A stretch of DNA of 64,000 bases from Verrucomicrobiota bacterium (lineage in GTDB: Bacteria > Verrucomicrobiota > Verrucomicrobiia > Limisphaerales > SIBH01). The stretch is from positions 2,194 through 66,193 of the forward strand of contig JBBRBM010000005.1 in NCBI GenBank assembly GCA_038205745.1, in the 5' to 3' direction. Position numbers and translations under genes: made by a program. Under the pieces are notes generated by a model. It was not told where the DNA came from and did not search any database. It saw nothing but the letters and a program-made list of their open reading frames with translations. Every line of letters starts with the position of its first letter. Within the stretch, counting starts at the first letter, position 1. Of this stretch, positions 49,101-55,960 are shown one piece after another.

Positions 49101-52100
49101 TGAATCACGGTCACTATTTGGCCCGCGACCGTGACTGTTGCAGCGCGCGCTTCGCCTCGTGGATTCTGCGAAATCTGGTAAGTGACATGGCCCGAGCCAA
49201 CACCGTCGAGGCCCGATTCAATCGCGAGCCAGTCGTTCGTGTTGATCACCGTCCACGGGCAGATGCTGCTGGCGCCGATGGTCACGGAACCTGATTGCGC
49301 GAGGTAGGAATGCGTCCGGCTCAGCGGCGACACAGTGTACGAACATGCGCGCTGCGAGACTGTGAAAATCTGACCGTTGATCGTGACGATGCCAGTGCGC
49401 GACGCACCGGCAGGATTCGGCGCCACCACGTAGCTGAAGTTCGCCGTGTTCGTTCCTGAGCCGCCAAGGACCGTGAGCCATGCATTTGTATTCTGCACCA
49501 GCCACGGGCAACCGCTTGCCGTTGTCACCGTGACGGAGCCGGTTTCGGAATTCTCGCTGTGGTTGCGTGCAGTCGAGTTCAACACAAGGTCGCAGTTCGT
49601 TCCCCACTGATTCACGGTGAATACGTCGGTGCCGACGACGAGGTTGCCGCTGCGCCGCCCGAACACGCGATTCTCGCCGATCACATAACTCACCGTGCCG
49701 GTGCTGACGCCGCTCGCGCCGGACGTGATGGTGATCCATGAATTCGTGTTCACGACCTGCCAGGCGCAACCGTCTTTCGTCGTCACCTTGAAGCTGTTTC
49801 CACCCGTGCCGAAGCCGTGAAAGCGATTGGTCGGCGAGAGCGAAATGTTGCACTCCACCGCGTGTTGTCGAATGACGAATCGTTCGTCCCCGATCAGCAA
49901 CGTGCCTTCGCGCTCGGCGAAGATTGGGTTGGGGAGAACGTTGTAGATCACTGTTCCGGGACCGCTGCCAAAATCGTCAGACAGGAGCGTGATCCAGTCG
50001 TTGGTATTCGAAACCGTCCACTGACACTTCGGCCCGACGATTACGTCGATCGATCCGCTGCTGCCGGCGAAACCGTGGAAGCGCGTCAGCGGCGAGAGCG
50101 CGGTCGGGCAGATCGTGATATTTACCGCGACCGGCGCCGAGATCGCGACTGCACCGGCCGGATCGGTCATTCGCGCGCGGATCACGTGCGTGCCGAGAGC
50201 CAGGTATTGATTCGTGAAGACGGAGGACGTGGTCGGGTCCGTGTCGAAGTTGCCGTCCCCATCGAGGTCCCATTCGATTTCGAGCAAGTCCCCGCCGCCC
50301 TCGGAGTCGAACGTTTCAGACGCATCCATCACGATATCCTGTCCGATGCCCGCGACCAGTGGTCGCACGATGATGAAGGGCTGGGGTGAGCGATTGAACG
50401 TGGCCCGCGGGTAAATCAGTGTTTCCGAGTCGCGACGATTTCCTTGTCGATCGAACACGGTGATCGCGTAGCGATTCGTCACTTCAGGATCGAAGTAGGG
50501 AATCGAGAATGATTGCGATGCATTCAATCCGCTCAACACCACTTCCTCCACGACACGCATTTCACTGTCGCGTTCCCACGTCAGCAGCGCGGCGTGCAAC
50601 GCTTTGTCGTCCGCGGCATCGAAGCTGATCTGGAGCAATCCGCGCACGGGAGTTTGCTCGCCGGTGGTCCTCATCGTGAGCGTGGGCGGAGTGATGTCCG
50701 TGGCGAGGCGCCCGGGATTGAGGAACGGATTCACGTCCAGCGCCAGCGCGGAGGCATGGGAAAGCGCGCAGAAATTGTATGGGTAAATCTTCGGATAGAA
50801 CACGCCGCGAATGCCGCGGAAGCCGTAGCCCATGACGTTGCCATTGAAGTTTTCGTCATTGCGGTAATCGGGGTCAAGGCCCAGTGCTTCACCCAGACTA
50901 TGCAGTCCACTTCCCAGCGCCGACGAGCTGATCGCGCTCAACGACACACCTTCGAACCATGGAAATGAAACTTCATCGACGAGCGGGAATGGACCGATCT
51001 CGGGAATGACGAACTCGTGGTACTGCAGAGTGTTCGTGTGGTAGATCGATTGCAGCAGCGCAAGCTGTTCGCTGCCGAGCATCGTCCAGCCGCCATCGCC
51101 CTGGGCGCCGGCGATGCGCGTTCCGAATTGAAAGCTGCCGCTGATCCCGCCGTCCGGGAATTCGATGTGCGTTTCGGGAATAAGCCACCAAATCTGTTCG
51201 GGCGTGCCGACCGGCAGACCGGCGGCGCGGGCTGCATCGAGCACGCGTCCACCGTAAGCATCCCCGCGCAGAAAACTGTCCGTCTCCGACACCGGGAGCA
51301 CGTGAATGAATGGCGTCGCGCCGTCCGCTTCCATTTCCAACGTAAATGTTTTCGGACCAAACCCGTTGCGCTCCATCTGGACGGCGAGCCAGTTCTGATA
51401 GAGCAGCAGCGTCTTGCGCAGCGTGTCGACGGCGTGCGCTTGTGCTGTGCGATTGGACGGGATGATGTATGCGACACGAAGGATCGCGTTGCTCGACCTG
51501 GTCGCAATGTCGATGGGAACGCGGTTCGTCACGGACGTGAATGTGTCTTCATCATCGGGAGTAAACGCGACTGTCAACATCTGCGCATTGCCTGCGGGCA
51601 GCACGGAGCCGGCGGGTGGCGCATAAACAAATCTGCCGGCCACCGACGCTACGGCGTTGAGTTGTACGCTGCTGAGCGGCGCGCCGAAGAGGAGCGGCGA
51701 CGGCGCGGCCCACGTCAGTTTCGGCACACGCTTGCCACCAAGGGTGACGTCTAGCGTGACGCTGTTGCCCGCTGGATTGTATCTCGTGGCGTCGCTTGGA
51801 TTGAAGGCGGCTGTGAGTGTGTACGTGCCGCCGGCGAGAATGGTTCCGAGCGGCGGCGTGAATGCGAAATTGCCTGACGCATTCGCCGTTGCGCTCAATT
51901 GAGTCGCGCTCAACGGCGTGCCTTGTTCGATTGGCGCAGGATTGCTCCACACAATTTGCGGCGTGCCTTTGCCGACGTTGATCGAGGCTGTGCGTGTGGC
52001 TGAATCGTAGTTGTTCGTGTCGCTCGGCGTGAACGTGACGGTGAGAGTTTGATTGTTGCTGACGTCGAGCAGTGTGCCGGAAGGAGGGGCGTAGATGAAA

Positions 52101-53875
52101 TCGCCGGGCACATTTGCCGACGCGTTCAATTGCGTTCTCCCGAGCGGCGTGTCGTAGCTGAGCGGCGCGGGATTCGCCCAAGTGATGACCGGCGTCCCTT
52201 TGAACACCTCGATCGTGACGGTCTGTGTGACCACGTTGAAGTCGATGAGATCGTTTGGCGTGAAGATCACTTTCAGAACCTGTCCGGTGCCGACATTCAG
52301 AATAGTCCCAGCGGGCGGATCATACGCGAACACGCCCGGCGCATTCGCCGAGGCGTTGAGTTGAGTCGCACTGAGAGAGGTGCCGTAGGCGATGGCTTCA
52401 GGATGCGCCCACGTCAGCAACGTGCCCTGCACACGCATGAATGAAGGACCGACATTGTTCGTGGTGAGCGGAGGATGGATTGGCGCGGCGGCAGAAAGTT
52501 GGTCGCAGCCAATGTCTTTCACGCTGGAGCGAACGTCGCCTTCGAAGTCGTTCGTTGCAAAGTTGTAGGAGCCTTGTGCATTTCCGAGCGCCGGACTGCT
52601 GAGGCTGGGGCGCCAGAGACCATCCGCAGTCATGGCGAACAACGGATTGACTCGCGACGTGCCGTCGTTGGTTGTGATCCCCAGCGTCGCGCCAAAGAAG
52701 ATGTTTCCCTGCCACAACAAATTCTCCGGCGTGATGCGCTGATCAATGATCTTGCCAGCCGGTTGCGACACGATGTTGTTCGCGATGACGCAATCGATCG
52801 GCGGCAACGTCGTAACGTTGGTCGCTCCCGCGAGCGTCCCGGACAAGCCAATCACGAACGCGTTGGTGCAGTTCACGAAGGTGTTGAACGCCACCGTCGC
52901 GCGATGGACCTGGAAGTAGCCATTGAGCGGGCTGGACGCCATGCCCTGCATGATCGCAAGCGGGGCGCGGGAGGCAGTGCCGGCGAGATCGACGAAATAG
53001 TTGTTGTACACGGTGTGATCGTCGCCAATGATGCGAACACCGCCGGTGAGAGGCTTGTGATTGCCGAAGAAGTAATTGCCTTCCACCACGCTACCGTTCC
53101 CGTGGCGCAGACAAAGGGAGCCTTCGCATTCGACGAAGGTGTTGTGACGGAAAGTGTTTTCGAGTGATTTGCTGGAGATGATTTCTGCGTCGCCATTGCA
53201 ACGCTCGAAATAGTTCTCCTCCACCGTTGTGCGCGATTCATTGAACGACACATCAGAAGTGCCAATGCGGATCGACTCGCCGCCGTTGACGCCGAGTGCC
53301 GGGCGGAAGCCGAAGTAGTTGCGTGAGATCACGTGATAGTTCGGAGTGTTCGGACGTGCATCGACCCACACCACCAGCGTTGTGCCGGCGTTTGTCTTGC
53401 CGCGGAAATAGCAATACTCCACGCGATTGCTTGCGCCGTAGAGGCCGACCCATTTGGTGTCGGCAGCCATATCAGGCGGATTGTAGTCGATGATCGAGCA
53501 GTTGATCAGGCGGCAATGATTCGCGACGGCTGCACTGGACTCCTGAAATGAAATCACTTCGCCACTGGTGCGATAGCCGTTGGCGAAAACGAGGCCATCG
53601 ACGACAAGATGATTTCCCGAAATGCGAAGGCGCGATTGTCCGGTGAGCTGGACGCGTCCCAGGGTTTGCGCCCGCAATGTGACCGGATGCGACGCCGTTC
53701 CATTGGCCGAGAACAGAATGTCCGCGTCGGCCCAGGCGCCGTCCTGCATCACGATGATGTCGCCGGGTTGTGCCTGCGTGATCGCGGTCGAGAGTTGAAA
53801 CGAATGGGTGACCTGCAATTCGGAAGCCCGCAGCGCGACCGCGAAGAGGAACCAACAACACAAGAAACGTTTCAC
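40148..53875 (-). CDS. Giant secreted multidomain protein (4,575 aa) with an N-terminal PL6 polysaccharide lyase (chondroitinase B / alginate lyase type) domain
   Basis: GTG start with signal peptide MKRFLCCWFLFAVALRA. PL6 hallmarks are NGGESIRIGTS, CNGDAEIISSKS and GSLCLRHGNGSVVEGNYFFG (aa ~20-470, nt 52466-53818). Domain order after that: four Ig-like repeats (51506-52420); an unassigned region (50711-51493); a PKD domain (50117-50389); five BACON-like domains (C.W.V...W.T motif, 48845-50113); a cohesin-like domain (48431-48838); eleven lectin-like/Ig modules (40436-48412); and a C-terminal RFYRV domain (40151-40408). Confidence 0.9.
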   Translation of the reverse strand: MKRFLCCWFLFAVALRASELQVTHSFQLSTAITQAQPGDIIVMQDGAWADADILFSANGTASHPVTLRAQTLGRVQLTGQSRLRISGNHLVVDGLVFANGYRTSGEVISFQESSAAVANHCRLINCSIIDYNPPDMAADTKWVGLYGASNRVEYCYFRGKTNAGTTLVVWVDARPNTPNYHVISRNYFGFRPALGVNGGESIRIGTSDVSFNESRTTVEENYFERCNGDAEIISSKSLENTFRHNTFVECEGSLCLRHGNGSVVEGNYFFGNHKPLTGGVRIIGDDHTVYNNYFVDLAGTASRAPLAIMQGMASSPLNGYFQVHRATVAFNTFVNCTNAFVIGLSGTLAGATNVTTLPPIDCVIANNIVSQPAGKIIDQRITPENLLWQGNIFFGATLGITTNDGTSRVNPLFAMTADGLWRPSLSSPALGNAQGSYNFATNDFEGDVRSSVKDIGCDQLSAAAPIHPPLTTNNVGPSFMRVQGTLLTWAHPEAIAYGTSLSATQLNASANAPGVFAYDPPAGTILNVGTGQVLKVIFTPNDLIDFNVVTQTVTIEVFKGTPVITWANPAPLSYDTPLGRTQLNASANVPGDFIYAPPSGTLLDVSNNQTLTVTFTPSDTNNYDSATRTASINVGKGTPQIVWSNPAPIEQGTPLSATQLSATANASGNFAFTPPLGTILAGGTYTLTAAFNPSDATRYNPAGNSVTLDVTLGGKRVPKLTWAAPSPLLFGAPLSSVQLNAVASVAGRFVYAPPAGSVLPAGNAQMLTVAFTPDDEDTFTSVTNRVPIDIATRSSNAILRVAYIIPSNRTAQAHAVDTLRKTLLLYQNWLAVQMERNGFGPKTFTLEMEADGATPFIHVLPVSETDSFLRGDAYGGRVLDAARAAGLPVGTPEQIWWLIPETHIEFPDGGISGSFQFGTRIAGAQGDGGWTMLGSEQLALLQSIYHTNTLQYHEFVIPEIGPFPLVDEVSFPWFEGVSLSAISSSALGSGLHSLGEALGLDPDYRNDENFNGNVMGYGFRGIRGVFYPKIYPYNFCALSHASALALDVNPFLNPGRLATDITPPTLTMRTTGEQTPVRGLLQISFDAADDKALHAALLTWERDSEMRVVEEVVLSGLNASQSFSIPYFDPEVTNRYAITVFDRQGNRRDSETLIYPRATFNRSPQPFIIVRPLVAGIGQDIVMDASETFDSEGGGDLLEIEWDLDGDGNFDTDPTTSSVFTNQYLALGTHVIRARMTDPAGAVAISAPVAVNITICPTALSPLTRFHGFAGSSGSIDVIVGPKCQWTVSNTNDWITLLSDDFGSGPGTVIYNVLPNPIFAEREGTLLIGDERFVIRQHAVECNISLSPTNRFHGFGTGGNSFKVTTKDGCAWQVVNTNSWITITSGASGVSTGTVSYVIGENRVFGRRSGNLVVGTDVFTVNQWGTNCDLVLNSTARNHSENSETGSVTVTTASGCPWLVQNTNAWLTVLGGSGTNTANFSYVVAPNPAGASRTGIVTINGQIFTVSQRACSYTVSPLSRTHSYLAQSGSVTIGASSICPWTVINTNDWLAIESGLDGVGSGHVTYQISQNPRGEARAATVTVAGQIVTVIQSGKPCLFTIGAEEAAFGEDGGVAELLVSTESGCPWTVASVPSWITIISGATGEGSGNVIYFVAPNTGGTRNTTLVIGEQDFSISQASAVRTITAGNLAIPGGQTNCLSISMLPHGGENTLAFSICIDTNLLRYRSAKLQAGTWANATLNVNTSDAPRGRIGFTIALPPGTTLTSTVPATVQVCLSALVINGRASTPVSFCDAPVARRLVDVLGRALPTSFADASADVLGLCSLAESLEADFNWQFSSANAWRCQTNVTHDGFDAGENAPVADGGEAYFESTFVGPGTLSFWWKVSSEPGSDRLRLYLDGNEQFRISGEVDWEWRSLNLSAGSHNFRWRYSKNSSITGGLDRGWVDEIVYVPTPPAITSQPANQNADEGGIATFAIGATGQGPFSYQWLLNGIALSDGTLIRGTHTATLTLSNVLPAQAGLYSVIVGNIGGSVASAPASLNVIPAVLLGDALEATNLTWTTSGNAPWFGQALLIHDGVDAARSGSITHNQTASFETTVSGPGTLTFWWKVSSEPSNDRLLFFVNSTEQMRISGEVDWEQRTFSLGAGTQTLGWTYLKNGSISSGQDRGWVDQVQVAPAPVVITAQPLDQNLDPGATAMFAASASGAPALRYQWQRNGVDIPGAAGATLTVSNVSAAQSGTYAVLVSNPAGGVFSSNALLQVTELVPLAEALDAPSLTWTTNGNPPWVGQTGVSHDGTDAARSGRIGNSQTNSFQTTVVGPGTLSFWWKVSSETNDRLRLVINGTEQASTFGEVDWTWRLLPIGAGNQIIEWRYTKNNSVSGGQDRGWVDEIIFVATNTPTSPVFAIQPVNRTVVAPASVSFSAIAVGSAPLTYQWLFNGAPLANGVGINGVTATNIIITNASGASEGTYAVVAANSAGSVTSSVANLSVITAPVITSPPASQNLLAGGTANFILSAIGTAPLAYQWQLNETNLVSAGNLSGVTSTNFRITNVGASNIGSYSVVITNAAGSVTSAPATLVISTLPTIVTQPTNRSIALGGTATFSATAAGSAPLSFQWRFNGVALANGGDISGATSPTLQINNVQVARGGPYSVVVSNAVGNAPSANATLTVLTPPVITSQPISRVVLEGTNVTFTVSASGAPLTFRWRLNGTNLIDGDGVSGTATAALTLANVQPEQSGVYSVEVSNTGGSTLSVNAQLIVVPKLNLGDAVNAPYLEWTTSPSGAWIVQTNVTHDGEAAAQSGAVANGSNAWIQTRITGPGTLRFWWKVSSQTNADLLIFSINGVEQARISGIVDWEKLSIPLPPGDLTLRWSYNKDAIVTSGLDRGWLDEVDFIPNNAPTPPLLVLQPVSLSVNPGVTVTFSTDALGTAPVSYQWRFEGQNLGDDINTLGANSPTLRLFNVRSEQSGLYDVTVRNAYGLDISTQVFLSVFKTVSLPIALDTDRTNLLWFTGGYSPWIGQTVETKDQFDAAQSSPVANRASNWVQTTLPVSCALTFWWKVSSETNHDYLRFLINGAEQARISGEVGWQQRSIPISTNGALLRWEYNKDASGSAGRDRGWLDRLEFLAISPEVTNTAPNTNIVEQGTTTRFRVEASGTLPLTYQWRKNGSNLTESATVLGATTSPKLILSNAQPDKTGFYICEVANEAGSHLSEVIYLRVNPSLPLAPALNTPAWVWETGGYSWWIGTTSGSHDGTQCARPGYTDDGHTSWMRTTLTGPGTVSFWWRASTQLNADFLKFKINDIVRTQISGTVAWQQKSFTLGEGPSVLQWEYAKDALLTNGTDQVFVDEVAFAPAPPLITNQPPSQLVDVGSITIVSAGVRAVPPVMYRWRYNGVAMNDGGNISGATTPTLRITAAQLTQSGAYSLLVSNIGGIVISSNAQITVAPVLPLAPALDTTNIIWATGTPPWIGQTNVTHDGVDAARSPAIGDNKSASMQATVTGPGNVAFWWRTSSELSHDFLTFSVDNNNFGQLSGEAGWQQTLIANVPEGDHVLRWTYSKDAIGVAGQDRGWVDQFSFTPTVPRFTLQPVSLAVEQGERATFSSAATGYAPFNYQWRSNGVDIRDGAGISGARTTTLVISNAQLTHSAMYSLCVSNPETFAVSSNALLTVTSLIPLSTALDIANLVWTTNGSPPWVGQMIVSHDDTDAARSGAITNNGSNAMQSVVIGPGTLSFWWKVSSETNNDRLTFTVNNVEQARISGEVDWQVQTFSIGSGSQVLRWAYAKNATGSAGRDRGWVDEVVFGLLAPAVTAQPANQNIDVGGTASFRVTAIGAPPLTYQWQHEGVNIVNGGSISGASSSNLVIAGAQPADAGNYRVVINGGAGNTTSTSAVLKVLSLLPLAEAVDNDALSWTTVNTAWTGHGLVSHDGLDAARSGTIGNSGTSTMQTTVTGPGTLTFWWKVSSETNNDVLLLFIGGTERARISGETDWRLVSMNIGIGTQVIEWRYTKNGSTAVGQDRAWVDEVRFGVVAPTIGGHPASVAIDAGETAGFSVSAAGTTPFGYRWLFNGQPIGGATNPTLFITNAQVSHAGSYSVVVSNSAGSVTSLTASLTIWPSLAEALDAPQLTFTTGGTGNPWSTHASDFHDGEDAAASGTIGNSTYTWIKTTVNGPGVLTFWWQVSSEQDHDFLRLMMDGNDQVRISGEIEWQPILFNVPSGAHEIQWRYSKNSTIAAGQDRAWVDEVSFTPNGSTPATPQPPRILFQPVSQIVDEFETVDFSIVASGTAPLHYRWFLNGTNVVIDGGNVGGATTSDLTLFNVLGPQAGNYSVVVSNSAGSVTSLVARLTINHLLTLEESMDAPDLPFTTDGNALWEGHAVISHDGVDAARSGIVSDSQSSSMQTLLNGPGMLSFWWKVSSETNSDVLVFSVNDIPEAFVSGEVDWEQRFIALGSGPQFLEWTYFKNTSGVAGDDRAWVDQLSFTAEGAPTPAPMEPRGTIAPIIRVNGEVVQLRWDGFTRRAYKVEYKDDLSDPEWTTLDSEVLSTWRTIDGTLQSDIYTATIEDGLTARTRFYRVLEF
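40436..48412 (-). repeat. Intragenic tandem array: 11 lectin-like modules (GPGTLSFWWKVSSE...ISGEVDW...DRGWVDEV), each followed by one or more Ig I-set-like domains; period about 650-700 bp
   Basis: The reverse-complement core TTCCACCAGAA recurs near 40640, 41343, 41995, 42668, 43347, 44019, 44698, 45391, 46888, 47547 and 48222. The 32-mer GACGACACCTTCCACCAGAAGCTCAGCGTGCC is identical at ~42658 and ~46881, and differs at one base at ~48213. Confidence 0.9.
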
Positions 53876-55743
53876 AGGCTCACCTCAAACTGTGCGACCG
53901 CTTGGGTGATGGCTGCGTCCTGGAACGTGATGAAACCGTTCGCATCGGCGGTGTAGCTGGTCGCGATGCCGTTTTTGAAAACATCGTATTTCGTGCCCGG
54001 TGCGAGGTCGCCGATCTTGTACGTGATGCGCGTCGTGCCCGGCCCTGCCTGCGTGAGCCAGCGTTTCGGGAGCAGGGTCGGGATATTCCATGTGGTGATG
54101 GTCACTTTCACGTTTCCCGCATTGGGGATCACATTCAGGTTGCGCATCTGCACGTACGACGTCTTCTCGATTTGAGTGCTCGTGAGCGTGAGTTGGGTTT
54201 CCTTCGCCGTCGCGGTGCTCGCGAGGCCCGTCTCCTCCGGGTCGAAAAGTCGGCCGCTGCTGTCGGAGAAAGTCACGCTGCTGAACAGGTCTACCTGCAT
54301 CGAGAGCGCCGCCTGGTTCCGGACGATGGCCGTGCACGGGGAGTCGGGAAGTCCTTGCAAGCTGAGCGTCACATCGCGTGGCAGCGAATTACTCTCGAAA
54401 CGGTTGCGCAGCCCATTGAAGAAACGGATCGGGCCGCCGTTCGCATCGAAAATATTTCCGGCGAACACATTGTCGTCCGAGACGGTGAGGAAGATGGGCG
54501 CGCCCATGTTGTGGTGAATGCGGTTCCCGACAAAGCGATTGCGCTTGGGGTGGCCATCGTCGCCGGGGAAGGGGAGATCGCCGCCATTGTAGAGGTACAA
54601 ACCAAAGTTCAGCCCGTCACCGAATTCGTTATTCTCGATGACGTTGTCCTGCGCGCCGACGCTGAGACGGATTCCGGCGTTGAAATTCCGCAGGCACACG
54701 TTGCCGCGAACCGTCGTGCGGCGGTTGTCGAACAGCGCCACGCCCGAGTCGCCATTGCCGATGCAGCGATTGTTCTCGATCAATGAGTCATCGCAGTAGC
54801 GGTGCAGCATGATTCCATTCTTGCCGTTCGCCCACGCGACGTTGTTACGGATGATAATGTTGTTGCAGCGCTGCGACGCGATGATGCCGTGCCAGCCGTT
54901 GTGATGGACGTTGTTGCCTTCGATGACGAGGTAGTCGGAGTCGTCGTGCGGGTCGAAGCCATAACCGACGTTGTGATCCAACTCGTTGTCAGTCATTCGC
55001 ATGCCGTAAGCTCCGTAGGAGTACATCCCAAAATAGTTGTGGTGCAGGCGGCTGTGGGTGATGTCGCCGTAAACATTGACGAGATTGTAGAGGTTCGTGA
55101 GCGCGCCGACGTTGACGTGCTTGGGTTCGATCACCTTCCAAACAAGCCCGTAAGCCTCCGCATCGTGCGAGCCGAGGTAGCCCACGTCGCTGTCGATGAC
55201 GTCCATGCGCGACTCGTGCGGAGTAATGCCATCGTCATCGAGACTCGAACGGACACGAATGAACGCGCGGCGCAGGGCGCCAGATTCCGTGTCGGGACCA
55301 TTCGCGTCATCGTCCCACGACGTGATGGAAGTGCTGCGAATGTCCAGTGTGCCCCAGTCAGCGCTCAGGTAAACGAACGCGTTGGACTCCCCGGTGTTGT
55401 TGCTCTGCAAGCGAAGTTCGTTCACGTCGCCGCCGATCTTCGTGCCGTGCAGGAGGAGCTTTCCGCCGTTCTCCACGACGAGGTTGGCGCGCAGGTGCCA
55501 GATGCCGGGCGCGACCTGGGTGAGCGGCGCGCTGGGCATTCCGGTCTTCACATCGCTCAAGGTCACGGTGCCCGGTCCGGTGACGTAAATGCGATAGGAA
55601 CCCTGCGACCAGCGATAGCTGACAGCGAACGCGTGCGTCGAAGATAGCAGGCAACAAACGGCGACTATCCAGCCCAGATGAGCAAGCGGCGGCCTTCCGC
55701 TTTCCCTGTGACGGAAAGCAAAGCGTTTTGATTGTTCGGGCAT
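53872..55743 (-). CDS. Right-handed parallel beta-helix protein, mannuronan C5-epimerase (AlgE/AlgG)-like
   Basis: 623 aa with an N-terminal hydrophobic signal/anchor (LGWIVAVCCLLSSTHAFA). The motif NVGYGFDPHDDSDYLVIEGNNVHHNGWHGII matches the YGFDPH(D/E) catalytic motif of alginate epimerases. Successive PbH1-type repeats follow (NNIIIRNN, SLIENN, TTVRGN, NVIENN). The TGA stop overlaps the GTG start of the giant gene (GTGA). Confidence 0.7.
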   Translation of the reverse strand: MPEQSKRFAFRHRESGRPPLAHLGWIVAVCCLLSSTHAFAVSYRWSQGSYRIYVTGPGTVTLSDVKTGMPSAPLTQVAPGIWHLRANLVVENGGKLLLHGTKIGGDVNELRLQSNNTGESNAFVYLSADWGTLDIRSTSITSWDDDANGPDTESGALRRAFIRVRSSLDDDGITPHESRMDVIDSDVGYLGSHDAEAYGLVWKVIEPKHVNVGALTNLYNLVNVYGDITHSRLHHNYFGMYSYGAYGMRMTDNELDHNVGYGFDPHDDSDYLVIEGNNVHHNGWHGIIASQRCNNIIIRNNVAWANGKNGIMLHRYCDDSLIENNRCIGNGDSGVALFDNRRTTVRGNVCLRNFNAGIRLSVGAQDNVIENNEFGDGLNFGLYLYNGGDLPFPGDDGHPKRNRFVGNRIHHNMGAPIFLTVSDDNVFAGNIFDANGGPIRFFNGLRNRFESNSLPRDVTLSLQGLPDSPCTAIVRNQAALSMQVDLFSSVTFSDSSGRLFDPEETGLASTATAKETQLTLTSTQIEKTSYVQMRNLNVIPNAGNVKVTITTWNIPTLLPKRWLTQAGPGTTRITYKIGDLAPGTKYDVFKNGIATSYTADANGFITFQDAAITQAVAQFEVSL

Positions 55744-55960
55744 GTGACTGATTTCCCGAGTCGCCTGAGCAAGATGCCGCGTATCGAATGGCGATGTGCA
55801 GCCGGCGTTTGTGTGATCCCGAGACGAATTGGCATTTGGTCTCGCGACTCAAGTGCCGCCCCAACGACACTTGCTCACTCAAAGCAACTCGTTCTCCAGA
55901 CTAGAGACTTGGCGCAATGCGGCAATGGGGCTGATCCCGGCACGAAACGAGTGGGTGCGA

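Noticed and set aside
55829-55845. TTGGCATTTGGTCTCGC resembles a sigma54 -24/-12 promoter
   Set aside because: The -12 element is not TTGC. The site is on the plus strand, where no downstream plus-strand gene exists. No GCAA-N5-GTGCCA match was found for the minus-strand genes.
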